From Candidatus Omnitrophota bacterium (GTDB lineage Bacteria > Omnitrophota > Gorgyraeia > Zapsychrales > Fredricksoniimonadaceae), in assembly GCA_903860135.1 (NCBI GenBank), contig CAIOPG010000004.1, positions 185,687 to 249,686 on the forward strand: a DNA stretch of 64,000 nt, given 5' to 3'. Position 1 is the stretch's first letter, and every line of letters begins with the position of its first letter. Under the pieces are notes generated by a model, which searched no databases, was not told where the DNA came from, and saw only the letters and a program-made list of their open reading frames with translations. The translations under genes and the position numbers were made by a program. Shown here in pieces: positions 9,559-20,379 of the stretch.

Positions 9559-10617
9559 TTTCCACAGGATCTCGGACCACTCCCCTTGCGGGGTTGAATC
9601 AATGACGATCCCTCCGCCGACACCCATAGCTCCCTGCGCACCATCGAGAAGAATGGTGCGTATGGGGACATTAAAATAAAGATCCCGCTGCGGTGTGATC
9701 CAGCCTATCGCGCCTGTATAAATATGCCGCGGCAACGGCTCCAAGCCCTGGATAAGCCCCATGGCTTTCACCTTGGGCACCCCCGTCACTGATCCCGACG
9801 GAAAAAGCGCGTGGAAGATAGCGCTGAACGGCAGGTTCACCGGAACCCGCGCGGTCACTGTCGATGTCATCTGAAAGATCGTCCTATACCCCGCCACCTC
9901 AAAAAGTTCCGGCACCCGCACCGTATCCCCGATGCGGCCAAGGTCATTGCGTAACAGATCCGCGATCATGACATTCTCGGCCCGATTCTTGGGGTCATGG
10001 TGCAGGCATAGCCCGCCGAACATATCGCGCCAACCTTCCCTGGGCCATGAGCCTTTCATGGGTTTCACCGTCATCCGGGCCCCTTCTTTCCTGAGGAACA
10101 TCTCGGGTGATAAAGAAAGGATAACGTGCCGGTCTGTTTCAATGTACGCCGGATATGGCACCGGCTGCCGCGTAAGGAGCGCCCTGTACAAGCTGTAAGC
10201 TGAACCTTTGAAGGAAAAAAGCCACGGCAGGCAATAGGTGATCTGATACACATCACCGGCCCGGATATATTCATGGATGCTATGGATGCCGCGGGTATAG
10301 GCATCGCGTGATATCCCGGGGGCAAGCCCCTCAACACGAAAAGATCCCCGTGTGTCCAACGGACGCTGGCGGCTGAAGGCCTTAAATACCCCCATCTGCA
10401 TCAGCGGAAACCCGTTGGCGGCCAAAGGTTTTACGCCTGTGGCAAAAGCATGCCCGGCTTCATAGGAAAGAAAGCCCGCCGCATAATAACCCTCGGCAAT
10501 GGCCCGCTCGAGGCGGTCAAAACAGCCCGAAAGTTCCGACGGCACCAAACAAGTGATAATTTCCCGGGGATGTTCAAAATAAAGAGGTTTGTTCTCAAAT
10601 TCAAAGAGTACCCGCAT
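9532..10617 (-). CDS. pabB: Chorismate-binding enzyme, aminodeoxychorismate synthase component I-like (PabB/TrpE family)
   Basis: 361 aa. Chorismate-binding domain motifs GDVYQITYCLP and PSGSVTGVPKVKAMGLIQGLE. folC nearby. Lacks the N-terminal regulatory domain, so assignment within the family is tentative. Confidence 0.7.
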   Translation of the reverse strand: MRVLFEFENKPLYFEHPREIITCLVPSELSGCFDRLERAIAEGYYAAGFLSYEAGHAFATGVKPLAANGFPLMQMGVFKAFSRQRPLDTRGSFRVEGLAPGISRDAYTRGIHSIHEYIRAGDVYQITYCLPWLFSFKGSAYSLYRALLTRQPVPYPAYIETDRHVILSLSPEMFLRKEGARMTVKPMKGSWPREGWRDMFGGLCLHHDPKNRAENVMIADLLRNDLGRIGDTVRVPELFEVAGYRTIFQMTSTVTARVPVNLPFSAIFHALFPSGSVTGVPKVKAMGLIQGLEPLPRHIYTGAIGWITPQRDLYFNVPIRTILLDGAQGAMGVGGGIVIDSTPQGEWSEILWKSRFLRDLA

Positions 10618-10738
10618 GAAACACCTTTCCCGTTAGGGTCTGGATGTTCCACAACAGTGAAACTAGGGCATGACCTGGCGTTTGGAAGACACGTACGCAA
10701 TACCGAGCCACGGATAGCCCGATATTTAGAATGCGTTA

Positions 10739-11128
10739 TTAATGAATAAACTCAAAATTCTTATTATCTTTCAAGCCCTTATCGAAAGTATACGTTTTCA
10801 GGTTCCTGGATCCGCCGATCTCGCCGATCAAGGCATCATTAAACGTGTACCCTTTCGCACATTTAGAGATAGCCAACCGAACCGAAGTTTCATATTCAAA
10901 GCAAAATTGTGGCACTTTTAACAGATCTTCAAAAGAGTTCAAGACACTTTCCTTGGGTAAGCCATATTTCTTGGTAAGCACAAAATACGTTTCGATCAAA
11001 ACGCCATAGCAGATAAATATTTCCCTAGAGCCGTAGCTTTCGATCAGGGTCAGTGCTTTTTTCACCCGGGCTTCATCATCAACGGCAACAATTCTGACAA
11101 GAATGTTCGTGTCCAAGGCGATCTTCAT
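10739..11128 (-). CDS. vapC: PIN-domain ribonuclease toxin (VapC family)
   Basis: MKIALDTNILVR... PIN N-terminal acidic motif. ATG at 11128 overlaps the antitoxin stop (ATGA), a typical type II TA arrangement. Confidence 0.75.
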   Translation of the reverse strand: MKIALDTNILVRIVAVDDEARVKKALTLIESYGSREIFICYGVLIETYFVLTKKYGLPKESVLNSFEDLLKVPQFCFEYETSVRLAISKCAKGYTFNDALIGEIGGSRNLKTYTFDKGLKDNKNFEFIH

Positions 11129-11382
11129 TTGCTCTCGCTTTCCTGCCATGCTTCGGTGCGCGCATTGCGGATCTCATCGTCGGTAAATTTCTTTGAGGTA
11201 TGCCCGCGATGTTTATTAACAAAATCGCTAATTGTAAATTTCTCGGCCTGGGGCTTCACTTCCATGTGCCCATTTCTTTCTTCAAAGACCAGCTGATCGC
11301 CCGGGTTCAACTTTAAGCGAAGCATGACCTTTAAGGGAACTGTAACCTGTCTTTTAGATGAAATCTTGGCTGCGGTGATCAT
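11125..11382 (-). CDS. AbrB/MazE-type (SpoVT-AbrB fold) antitoxin
   Basis: MITAAKISSKRQVTVPLKVMLRLKLNPGDQLVF swapped-hairpin motif. ATG at 11382 with GGAGG RBS 6 nt upstream. The track ORF is artificially extended to 11562. Confidence 0.7.
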   Translation of the reverse strand: MITAAKISSKRQVTVPLKVMLRLKLNPGDQLVFEERNGHMEVKPQAEKFTISDFVNKHRGHTSKKFTDDEIRNARTEAWQESESK

Positions 11383-11589
11383 TTCCCCTCCTTCATTGTT
11401 GTGATAACAATATATCTTTGTTCTCACAACAAATATACCATGCTCTCGGCCCTTAGCAAGGATCATTTCAAGAATATGTTTAGCGGGTGCCTCTGATTGA
11501 CACCCTCCTCCGCGAGCGAAGCGAGTGTGGGGGGCATGGGAGGGGGCGTCAAATAATAACAAAAAGTTTTTGCATGACTGGAAGAACGG

Positions 11590-11760
11590 CTGTTTGATTT
11601 CACGACGACTGCTTATAAGAATAAGAATTTACAACGGCTATCGAAACGCTTCGTTCAATCATGGCGAGATATGTTCCGGTTCCTGAAAGATCCGTCGCTA
11701 GACTGGAATAATAATCGTGCCGAAAGAATGATCAGGCCAAATGTTATTGGCTCTTTACAT
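11590..11760 (+). mobile_element. IS66-family transposase (TnpC) C-terminal fragment; remnant, no intact ORF
   Basis: Plus-frame translation ...SWRDMFRFLKDPSLDWNNNRAERMIRPNVIGS matches the conserved IS66 TnpC block (FL.D..L..NN.AER..RP...GRKNWLF). No upstream transposase body and no downstream continuation. Confidence 0.5.
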
Positions 11761-11781
11761 GCGTACCCATGCGTGTGTCGT

Positions 11782-12912
11782 CTAATGGTCATTTCCCATA
11801 ATATAGCTCGTACTTCTACCGCCGGCAGTTTCTTTCTGAAGGATCCCTTTTTCAACAAGATCAAGAATATCACGGAGCGACGTGTCATGGGAACACTTCG
11901 TGATCTTCGCCCATTTAGAAGACGTTAATTTACCTTCAAATCCATCAAGCAGTTTGTTTGCCATCAAACGCTGACGCTCATTCATCGAACTCTCTGCATG
12001 TCTTTCCCAAAAGCGTGCTTTACGAAAAACCACCGCCAGGATAGTTTCTGTACCGACGAGCGTACGATCAAGACATTCCAAATACCACTTAAGCCAAAGT
12101 GTGATGTCAATCCCAGCCCCCATTGTTTCACGGCCGATGCCCTTCTGTGTCTTTTCAAGAATATCATAATACGCAGCATGCTCCTTACGGATCTGCGAAG
12201 ACATACTATAAAACCGCTGCGAACTGCCGTCAGCCCGAGCGAGCTGCATATCCATTATGGCCCGTGCGATACGCCCATTCCCATCATCAAACGGATGAAT
12301 CGTGACAAACCATAAATGGGCGATTCCGGCCACAATCACCGGATCGACATCACTGTGTGTTTCAAACCAGTCAAGAAACCTCTTCATCTCATCATTGATA
12401 CGGACAGCTTCGGGCGCTTGAAAATGCACACGCTCACGGCCAATAGGCCCCGACACAACGGTCATGGGACCATGGCGATCATCACGCCAGGCACCAACCC
12501 CGATCTTAGCAAGCCCACTATGCCCGCTGGGAAATAGTGCCGCGTGCCAAGCAAACAGGCGCTTTCGCGTGAGTGGCTTCTTAAAATTCTGGGTAGCATC
12601 AAGCATCATCTCAACCACCCCGTCCACATGGCGATCAGAAGACCCAAGCCCGGCAATATCCATCCCTAGCCTGCGCGCCACGGATGACCGAACCTGTTTA
12701 GGATCAAGAATAACCCCTTCGATCTCGCTACTCTTTATAACATCCATCGTCAACGTCTCAAGCATCGCCTCGGCGCGTAGAGAAAACCCTAACGCTTCCA
12801 TGCGTCCCATTAATCGCCCTTGGCGATTGCGGACAACGCCCAGCAATGTCGGGATCTGTTTGTGATCCCAGTTAAACTTTGGCCAACTTTCAAGCTGATG
12901 AATAAATTGCAT
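11782..12912 (-). CDS. Fic/DOC family protein, class II (N-terminal DUF4172-like region, FIC domain, C-terminal wHTH)
   Basis: Canonical FIC motif HPFDDGNGRIARA. N-terminal inhibitory-helix motif SSEIEG ([ST]xxxEG). 376 aa, typical of this subfamily. Confidence 0.85.
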   Translation of the reverse strand: MQFIHQLESWPKFNWDHKQIPTLLGVVRNRQGRLMGRMEALGFSLRAEAMLETLTMDVIKSSEIEGVILDPKQVRSSVARRLGMDIAGLGSSDRHVDGVVEMMLDATQNFKKPLTRKRLFAWHAALFPSGHSGLAKIGVGAWRDDRHGPMTVVSGPIGRERVHFQAPEAVRINDEMKRFLDWFETHSDVDPVIVAGIAHLWFVTIHPFDDGNGRIARAIMDMQLARADGSSQRFYSMSSQIRKEHAAYYDILEKTQKGIGRETMGAGIDITLWLKWYLECLDRTLVGTETILAVVFRKARFWERHAESSMNERQRLMANKLLDGFEGKLTSSKWAKITKCSHDTSLRDILDLVEKGILQKETAGGRSTSYIMGNDH

Positions 12913-13062
12913 ATTTTACACCCTGTATGCGATGAATAACCAGTCTAATCTACGCACATCTTGCGTTGAATATAACACATATTCTACGCATGAACAAGAA
13001 TATCCCAACCTTAAGTCTACTCAACGGGTAACATTGTTCAATGAGTCAACGACCTCGTGTCA

Positions 13063-13100
13063 CCAAAAAAACAACCGGATATTATCACTGTATCCGGTTG
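13063..13100 (-). terminator. Rho-independent terminator downstream of the VapB-like gene
   Basis: 9-bp stem caaccggat/atccggttg (13072-13080 / 13092-13100) with an 11-nt loop. On the minus strand it is followed by TTTTTTT (complement of 13064-13070). Confidence 0.55.
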
Positions 13101-13211
13101 TCTCTGATCCTATTATCCAATTAAGAAGTAATAGCCAGTGCTAAATCTCAGTTTATGCGTAAGGATTAATGACTTATAAAGCGGGACACACTATTTTTCT
13201 CTTATCACCCA

Positions 13212-13409
13212 TTACCTGCTCCTTGAGCGTCGCACATCAATCTCAAGGGGCATCCGCCCTTTCAAGGCCATAAGCCTGTCGATCCGGCTTTTGCGAACAA
13301 CCTCTTGTAACCCAAGGACGATCGTCGCTGTCTTCGTCTTCGTCTTCATCCCGCTGGCATGCATCGCATCAGCCATTATTTCATCAGGAATATCAATCGT
13401 TGTTCTCAT
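13212..13409 (-). CDS. VapB-like type II antitoxin, apparently orphan
   Basis: MRTTIDIPDEIMADAMHASGMKTKTKTATIVLGLQEVV...RLMALKGRMPLEIDV resembles MRTT...-type antitoxins. GAGGAGG RBS 8 nt upstream of ATG at 13409. No PIN toxin ORF downstream before the terminator. Confidence 0.5.
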   Translation of the reverse strand: MRTTIDIPDEIMADAMHASGMKTKTKTATIVLGLQEVVRKSRIDRLMALKGRMPLEIDVRRSRSR

Positions 13410-13499
13410 GATCATTGCCTCCTCATGCCTAAAGAATAAATTATTCTTATGCCTTATGGAAAGAATTGGGACACGCTACGGGCGGACAGCCGTTCGCCC

Positions 13500-14876
13500 T
13501 TACTTCCCGATACAAAACTTCGCAAAAATATGATCGATGACATCAGCGTCGACATGGCGTCCGGTGATGGCGTCGAGGGCATTGACCGCGGCCTTAATGT
13601 CCTCGGCGGAAAATTCCAGGGGATCGCCTTGAAGCGCGGCATGCTTTGCCCGTTGAAGGGCCTCTTTTGCCCCTTGCAGGGCCTCGGCATGGCGCGCGTC
13701 ATTGACCAGCACCCCGCGCGCCTCAACGGCCGCATCGCCGGTGGCCATGCGCACCATGGCCCTCCGTAATTCATCCATGCCGTCACGCCGGAGCGCTGAA
13801 ACCTTGGGGCTTCCTTCGAACACGTCATGCCCCAGACCTGAAGGCAGATCCGCTTTATTCAACACCATGATCCGGCGCGGATGGCTGATCCCGGCGATTA
13901 AAGCACGATCCGTCTCATCCAAAGGGCAACTCTGGTCGAGAACACACAAGACGATATCCGCCGACGCGATCGCCTCACGCGAGCGGCGCACAGCTTCTTC
14001 TTCGACCTTGTCGCGCGGCACCAGGATCCCCGCCGTATCCACAAGATTAACGGGGATACCGTCGATGTTGACACATTCTTCGATGACATCGCGCGTCGTC
14101 CCGGCCACATCGGTTACGATCGCGCGCGGCGCGCGTAGAAGCGCGTTAAGCAACGACGACTTGCCCACATTAGGTTTACCGCAAATAACCACCCGGATGC
14201 CTTCCTTGAGGATCCGCCCGCGCGGCGCCGTCGAAAGCAATGCGTCAAGGCGTGTCAGGATCAGCGCCATATCGCGCACCACCTTTCCGGCCTGACCGGC
14301 ATCGGTGTCCTCTTCCGGAAAATTAAGGAGCGCTTCGATCCCGCCGAGGACACCCAGCAGCATCGCGCGCAACGTTTCAAGCTCGACGGAGAGATCGCCC
14401 TTCAATTGGCGTTCCACCGCCCGGACCCCGGCCTCGGTCCGCGCCGTGATGATATCCAGCACCGCTTCAGCCTGGGCCAGATCGATGCGCCCGTTCAGGA
14501 AAGCCCTTTTGGTAAATTCCCCCGGCGCCGCCAGCCGCGCGCCGGCCTGCAAGCAATGGTTCAAGATCAGGCGGATGACGGCCGGGCCGCCATGCCCGCT
14601 GATCTCTGCCACATCCTCGCACGTATAACTTTTGGGTCCCGGCATCCATGCCACCAAGACCTCATCGATGACATCTCCGGCCTCGGCCTTGATCCAGCCG
14701 TAATGGATGCTGTATGCCCGCCATTCCGACGGAGCGCCACAAGACTTCCCGGTAAAAATACGGCTCACGACACCGGCGGTGTCCTTGCCGCTCACCCGCA
14801 CGATTCCCACGCCGCCGGAACCTGCCGGTGTGATGATCGCCGCGATCGTGTCATCTTCCCCTTTATACTGATACAT
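13500..14876 (-). CDS. mnmE: tRNA modification GTPase MnmE
   Basis: G1 motif GKPNVGKSSLLNAL. C-terminal FCIGK. N-terminal DTIAAIITP. ATG at 14876 (GGAGG upstream) overlaps the folC 3' end by about 14 nt. Confidence 0.9.
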   Translation of the reverse strand: MYQYKGEDDTIAAIITPAGSGGVGIVRVSGKDTAGVVSRIFTGKSCGAPSEWRAYSIHYGWIKAEAGDVIDEVLVAWMPGPKSYTCEDVAEISGHGGPAVIRLILNHCLQAGARLAAPGEFTKRAFLNGRIDLAQAEAVLDIITARTEAGVRAVERQLKGDLSVELETLRAMLLGVLGGIEALLNFPEEDTDAGQAGKVVRDMALILTRLDALLSTAPRGRILKEGIRVVICGKPNVGKSSLLNALLRAPRAIVTDVAGTTRDVIEECVNIDGIPVNLVDTAGILVPRDKVEEEAVRRSREAIASADIVLCVLDQSCPLDETDRALIAGISHPRRIMVLNKADLPSGLGHDVFEGSPKVSALRRDGMDELRRAMVRMATGDAAVEARGVLVNDARHAEALQGAKEALQRAKHAALQGDPLEFSAEDIKAAVNALDAITGRHVDADVIDHIFAKFCIGK

Positions 14877-16215
14877 ACGCCCGCGCCTCCGCACCTACAA
14901 AAAGAGAGCCTGTCACAATCACAAGCCCCGCACTGCCCGCCGCACGCCGGGCTTCATCAACAGCCTCTGCCACACATTTTATCTTCGTCAGCGGTATCCC
15001 CGGCAGAACAGCTCCAATATCCGTCGAAGACAGGTCAGCCGCCCGCGGATGATCCGCCCGCGTCAGGATCATGGCCTGAGTGATCGGGGCAAGAACTTTG
15101 ATCACCGCCCCCGCATCCTTGTCAGCACTCATCCCCACAACAATGATCGCCTTACGCCCGGGATACGCCTGCTGCAGTGTCGCCACCAGCGACCACGCTG
15201 ATTCCACGGTGTGCGCCCCGTCGATGATCACAATCGGGTCAACCGCAACGCGTTCAAACCGCACCGGCCACCGCACATCTTTAACGCCCGCGCGCACCGC
15301 ATCTTCCGTCAGCAGAAACCCGAACATCTCCAGGTCTTCGGCCATGGCGATCGCCAACGCCGCATTCTGCGCCTGATGCGCGCCGGTCAGCGGCGACTCA
15401 AGCCCTCCGTACAACCGCCGCCCCTGCACATCAAAAACCACCTTATCCGGCAGAACCTTCTCGATATGGCAAATGACATCCTGCCCGATCAACGACGGCA
15501 TGATATTGAAATCCCGACAGCGCGCCGCAAGGACCGTCAAGGCTTCTGCCGGCTGAGGCGCCAGGGCAACCCGCTGATATGTTTCTTTTATAATACCGGC
15601 CTTTTCCGCCGCGATCGCCCCCAGCGTCTCCCCCAGAATATGCATATGATCAAAGCCAATGGGAGTGATGCCGCACACCGATGCCTCAAACACATTCGTC
15701 GCATCGAGCCTGCCGCCCAAACCGGTCTCAAGCACCACGATCTCGACCTCCCGCTGCACAAAATACGCCACGGCCAGCGCCGTGATCAATTCATAAAAAG
15801 TGACGCCCACCCCGGCGGCACGCAAGCCCTCAATAGCCTCCCGGTAATACTGAACCAGTTGCTCCAGCTGGCCAGCCGTGATGCTGTCATCAAACAAATC
15901 CTCCGCCGCCGGAGCTGCCATGACCTCCGCGTCGAGCACCCGTATCCGTTCACGCACATCATAAAGATGCGGCGACGTATAAAGCCCCACCTGATAGCCC
16001 TCAGCACGCAGGATCGACGCCAGAAAAGCGGCCGTGGATCCCTTGCCCTTGGTACCGGCAATGTGGGCAAAACGCAAACGCGCCTCTGGATGACCGAAGG
16101 CAGCAAGAAGCCGCTCCATGCGTTCCAGAGAGAACGCCGCCGGAGCGGCCTGTTGCAGTTTCGATTCCCAATTGAGGAATGTTTTAAAATAGTCGTCGAA
16201 TGCAAACGACGCCAT
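14863..16215 (-). CDS. folC: Bifunctional folylpolyglutamate synthase/dihydrofolate synthase
   Basis: Mur ligase family P-loop HIAGTKGKGSTAAFLASIL. About 450 aa. Position between purH and mnmE. Confidence 0.85.
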   Translation of the reverse strand: MASFAFDDYFKTFLNWESKLQQAAPAAFSLERMERLLAAFGHPEARLRFAHIAGTKGKGSTAAFLASILRAEGYQVGLYTSPHLYDVRERIRVLDAEVMAAPAAEDLFDDSITAGQLEQLVQYYREAIEGLRAAGVGVTFYELITALAVAYFVQREVEIVVLETGLGGRLDATNVFEASVCGITPIGFDHMHILGETLGAIAAEKAGIIKETYQRVALAPQPAEALTVLAARCRDFNIMPSLIGQDVICHIEKVLPDKVVFDVQGRRLYGGLESPLTGAHQAQNAALAIAMAEDLEMFGFLLTEDAVRAGVKDVRWPVRFERVAVDPIVIIDGAHTVESAWSLVATLQQAYPGRKAIIVVGMSADKDAGAVIKVLAPITQAMILTRADHPRAADLSSTDIGAVLPGIPLTKIKCVAEAVDEARRAAGSAGLVIVTGSLFVGAEARAYVSV

Positions 16216-16220
16216 ACCGC

Positions 16221-17777
<1,557 letters not shown>

Positions 17778-17857
17778 AACAACCTCATATAAATTTATTG
17801 AATGTACGCACCAGAAGCTGAAGGCATGCCGTAAGCTTCATTAATTACATATTTAAT

Positions 17858-17895
17858 ATTAAAAGAAAAACGCCGCTCCGTATGCCAGAGCGGCG
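17858..17895 (-). terminator. Rho-independent terminator of rpsU
   Basis: GC stem cgccgctc/gagcggcg (17871-17878 / 17888-17895) with a 9-nt loop. On the minus strand it is followed by TTTTTCTTTT. Confidence 0.6.
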
Positions 17896-17908
17896 TTGAT
17901 AGCAACAC

Positions 17909-18066
17909 TTAGATCCGCTTGCCCTTCTTGCGCTTGCGCTCGGAAGGTTTGGCGTAAAAACGACGCTCCTTCAATTCGACAAGAAACCCGTCGCGCTGGC
18001 ACTGCTTCTTGAACTGGCGCAGGGCCTTTTCAAACCCGTTCTTGTCGCTGATCTTGACTTCGACCA
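17909..18066 (-). CDS. rpsU: 30S ribosomal protein S21
   Basis: Hand translation: MVEVKISDKNGFEKALRQFKKQCQRDGFLVELKERRFYAKPSERKRKKGKRI. 52 aa, so below the ORF-track cutoff. Basic C-terminus and RRFYEKP-like motif typical of bS21. Confidence 0.8.
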
Positions 18067-18326
18067 TATAAAATTCACCCGCCCTTCACACCATGATATG
18101 GTGCTTGAATTAAAAAATTATACCTTTACGCGTAAAATCCGCTCCAAAACCACAATATTTTCCCAAAAAAGATGTGTTATGGTAGCACAAAGGCTAGCTT
18201 ACGTCAAATGCCTTGAAACCCGCGCCGGGATGTCCAGGGACGAGGTTGATGAAATTATTCCTCTGCGCGCAACACCACGGAACGGTTTAAAGCCGTTCCC
18301 TACAGCATAATGTAAAACATGGGACT

Positions 18327-19037
18327 TTATCCATTAACCCCGAACAAAGCCCCTGCGGCGGCTGTTACGGCCATGGATATGGCACCCCAGAAAACAATGC
18401 GGATGATGGCCCTGGTCATAGGCGCGCCGCCGATGAACGCTCCGGCAGCGCCGAAGCCGGCGAGAAAAACAAGTGTGGCGCCGAAAACAAGGCTGATCAC
18501 CCAGGCCCCTGGGGTAAGAAGCGCCACCAAAAGCGGCAGGATGCCGCCGATGGCAAACGATGCGGCCGACGCCAGCGCGGCTTGTACCGGACGAGCAGTG
18601 GTGATATGGGAAATGCCGAGTTCATCGCGCGCATGCGCCGCCAGGGCGTCATGGGCTGTCAATTGCCGGGCCACCTGCACGGCAAGATCCGGGTCAAGGC
18701 CGCGCCCACGGTAAATGGATGCCAGCTCCTCCAGCTCCTCCTCCGGCCCCTCCTCAAGTTCCCGGCGCTCCCGGGCCAGATCAGCGCGTTCTGTATCCGC
18801 CTGCGAACTGACCGAGACATATTCACCGGCGGCCATGGACATCGCCCCGGCGATCAACCCCGCCACACCGCTCACCAGGATCACACTGCGCGGCGCATGC
18901 GCGGCCGAAATACCGACCACCAGGCTGGCCACCGACAAAAGACCATCGTTGGCACCCAAGACAGCGGCACGCAACCACCCGATCCGGTCCGTCCGGTGCC
19001 TTTCAATGTTGCTTTTGATAACCATATCCACCCCCAT
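18327..19037 (-). CDS. VIT1/CCC1 family (DUF125) membrane protein, putative Fe/Mn transporter
   Basis: N-terminal LRAAVLGANDGLLSVASLVVG motif and a hydrophobic C-terminal half are characteristic of VIT-family proteins. Confidence 0.75.
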   Translation of the reverse strand: MGVDMVIKSNIERHRTDRIGWLRAAVLGANDGLLSVASLVVGISAAHAPRSVILVSGVAGLIAGAMSMAAGEYVSVSSQADTERADLARERRELEEGPEEELEELASIYRGRGLDPDLAVQVARQLTAHDALAAHARDELGISHITTARPVQAALASAASFAIGGILPLLVALLTPGAWVISLVFGATLVFLAGFGAAGAFIGGAPMTRAIIRIVFWGAISMAVTAAAGALFGVNG

Positions 19038-19100
19038 TGCCCGCGCGTGTTACGGCCTTTTCGCCTCAGCCTTCACCTGCGTTGTCTATCAACAAAGCCA

Positions 19101-20378
19101 TTAAAACGAAAATGTTTTCCTGAGCAACGCCCACAGCGGTGACAGCAACATCATGCCGGTCAAGGCGATCAGAACGATCGTTGTCGCCCAGCCGACGAAG
19201 TTCTGAAACTTGTTATTCACATAAGTTCCCATGACATACGGGCTGTTGACCATGTAGATCATGGACAATAACACGACCGGCAACAGCATGGCATTGATGA
19301 CCTGCGTCCAAATGGTGATCGCGATCAAAGGCGCGTTCGGCCAGAGGATGATCCCCACCGCCACCGCAATAATGCTTCCAAAAAGCCAGTAAAATTGCGG
19401 TGCCTCATCGACCCGCTTGTCGATGCCGGCCTCAAAACCAAAGGCCTCGCACACATAGAACGCCGTCGCCAGAGGCAGGATCGTCGCCGAGAAGGCGGAA
19501 GCGATAAAAAGCCCGAACGCAAAAACCTGTGACGCCAGGACCCCGGCAAAAGGCTGAAGTGCCAGCGCGGCATCGCTCGCTTCTTTGATCACCACGCCGT
19601 TCTTGTTCAACGTCGCCGCGCAGGCGATCATGATGAAGAAAGCCACCACAATAGTCGCGGTACAGCCGATCACCACATCAATGAGCGCGAACTTGTAATC
19701 CTTGATCGTGATGCCCTTTTCAATGACCGCTGACTGCATGTAAAACTGCATCCAGGGCGCGATCGTCGTCCCGATGATGCCAAGCACAATGCTCAGGTAT
19801 TCCCCGCCAAATTGCGCCCGGGGATGGATGATCGCGGCACCGACCTCGTGCCAGTCGGGTTTGGCCATGACCGCAGAAATGATATAAAAAAGCAGGCAGA
19901 AACTGAAGAACAGGAATATCCGCTCGGCGATCTTGTAATTCCCCTTGGTCGCCAGCACCCACACCGCCGCCGCTGTGAGCGGCACCGAAAGGTACTTGCT
20001 GACCCCGAAGATCGCCATACTGCCCGCCACCCCCGCGAATTCCGTGGCTGTATTGCCGATATCAGCCACAATAAGACCGAGGAAAATGAAAGCCGTGACC
20101 TTAACACCGAAATTCTCGCGGATCAGATCCGCCAGCCCCTTGCCGGTGATAACCCCCATGCGCAGGTTCATTTCCTGGATGACCAAAAGGGCAACGAAAG
20201 CAGGTCCCAGCGTCCACAGGAGATTATACCCGTACAGCGCGCCCGCCACCGAATAGGTCGTGATGCCGCCGGCGTCGTTGTCCACACTGCCGGTGACGAT
20301 GCCCGGCCCCAGGATGGCCAGGAACATCAGGACATTACGCGTCGCCGGGCTGTTCTTTATGTTTTCGATGATGCGCAT
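19101..20378 (-). CDS. NRAMP/SLC11-family transporter with non-canonical metal-site residues
   Basis: About 11 TM helices. ILGPG..SVDNDAGG..AGALYGYNLLW aligns to the TM1 DPGN region (reads D-A-G-G, Asn not conserved). TM6 reads SATILPL where canonical MntH has A..MPH. ATG at 20376-20378, 1 nt after the upstream gene stop. Confidence 0.85.
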   Translation of the reverse strand: MRIIENIKNSPATRNVLMFLAILGPGIVTGSVDNDAGGITTYSVAGALYGYNLLWTLGPAFVALLVIQEMNLRMGVITGKGLADLIRENFGVKVTAFIFLGLIVADIGNTATEFAGVAGSMAIFGVSKYLSVPLTAAAVWVLATKGNYKIAERIFLFFSFCLLFYIISAVMAKPDWHEVGAAIIHPRAQFGGEYLSIVLGIIGTTIAPWMQFYMQSAVIEKGITIKDYKFALIDVVIGCTATIVVAFFIMIACAATLNKNGVVIKEASDAALALQPFAGVLASQVFAFGLFIASAFSATILPLATAFYVCEAFGFEAGIDKRVDEAPQFYWLFGSIIAVAVGIILWPNAPLIAITIWTQVINAMLLPVVLLSMIYMVNSPYVMGTYVNNKFQNFVGWATTIVLIALTGMMLLSPLWALLRKTFSF

Positions 20379-20379
20379 A

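Noticed and set aside
13100-13212. Possible degraded PIN toxin downstream of the VapB-like antitoxin
   Set aside because: No ORF of meaningful length in any minus frame before the terminator. Left as orphan antitoxin.
18281-18301. 7-bp stem-loop ggaacgg/ccgttcc downstream of the VIT gene as a terminator
   Set aside because: No U-tract on either strand. Could be incidental.
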